From Mobula hypostoma (taxonomy: Eukaryota), in contig NC_086100.1 in NCBI RefSeq assembly GCF_963921235.1, positions 198,836,001-198,900,000 on the forward strand: a stretch of DNA of 64,000 nucleotides, written 5' to 3'. A program made the translations under genes and the position numbers. Below the pieces are notes generated by a model. That model saw nothing but the letters and a program-made list of their open reading frames with translations. It did not search any database and was not told the DNA's origin. This document shows positions 63,530 to 64,000 of the stretch, piece by piece (the stretch's first letter is position 1; every line of letters begins with the position of its first letter).

Positions 63530-63940
63530 AAGGCCATACACCTCAGCCTACTCACCTGCATGTACACTTTCAGGAGTATGGATACACCTGCACCACAAGA
63601 TTATCAACACTGTAAAAGTTGCATGCCATCTTGGACAATGTCTCCCATCCACTACATAATGTACTGGGTGGGCACAGGAGTACATTCAGCCAGAGACTCA
63701 TTCCACCGAGATGCAACACAGAGCGTCATAGGAAGTCATTCCTGCCTGTGGCCATCAAACTTCACAACTCCTCCCTTGGAGGGTCAGACACCCTGAGCCA
63801 ATAGGCTGGTCCTGGACTTATTTCCTGGCATAATCTACATATTACTATTTAATTATTTACGGTTTTATCACTGTTTAATTATTTATGGTGCAACTGTAAC
63901 GAAAACCAATTTCCCCCGGGATCAATAAAGTATGACTATG
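63530..63940 (+). mobile_element. Rex1/Babar-like LINE 3' end
   Basis: AILDNVSHPLH...FSQRL..PRCNTERHRKSFLPVAIKLHN, then ggatcaataaagtatgactatg tail. Confidence 0.7.
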
Positions 63941-64000
63941 AAACTATTAAGGGTCCTGCTATTAACTGTGTGCATTTGAACCTTGTGCTAGACTTCCCAA

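Overview
Repeat-rich vertebrate genomic DNA. It is most likely from a cartilaginous fish, inferred from the CR1/HER1-type LINEs, V-SINEs, Penelope elements and satellite types. Three host genes are readable: (1) the last coding exon of an MMP21-like metalloproteinase (+, 91-396); (2) a complete 4-exon neurofilament-light-like gene (-, 16664-12192, 397 aa); (3) a complete 8-exon HTRA2/Omi gene (+, 41612-60684, 439 aa) with an intact catalytic triad and PDZ domain. The best lead is the NEFL-like gene. It is almost tail-less, and it combines the two type IV neurofilament introns with a coil-1B intron at the position typical of type II/III intermediate-filament genes, which canonical neurofilament genes lack. 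The rest of the window holds nested transposons (Rex1/Babar > Gypsy with PNMA-like gag > hAT > CR1), a young CR1 subfamily, two solo LTRs, an R4/Dong-like relic, Penelope elements with minimal hammerhead ribozymes, minisatellites and multi-kb purine/pyrimidine tracts. A speculative orphan exon chain lies at 2.8-5.4 kb (-). All homology calls are by eye and from recalled family sequences; no searches were run.
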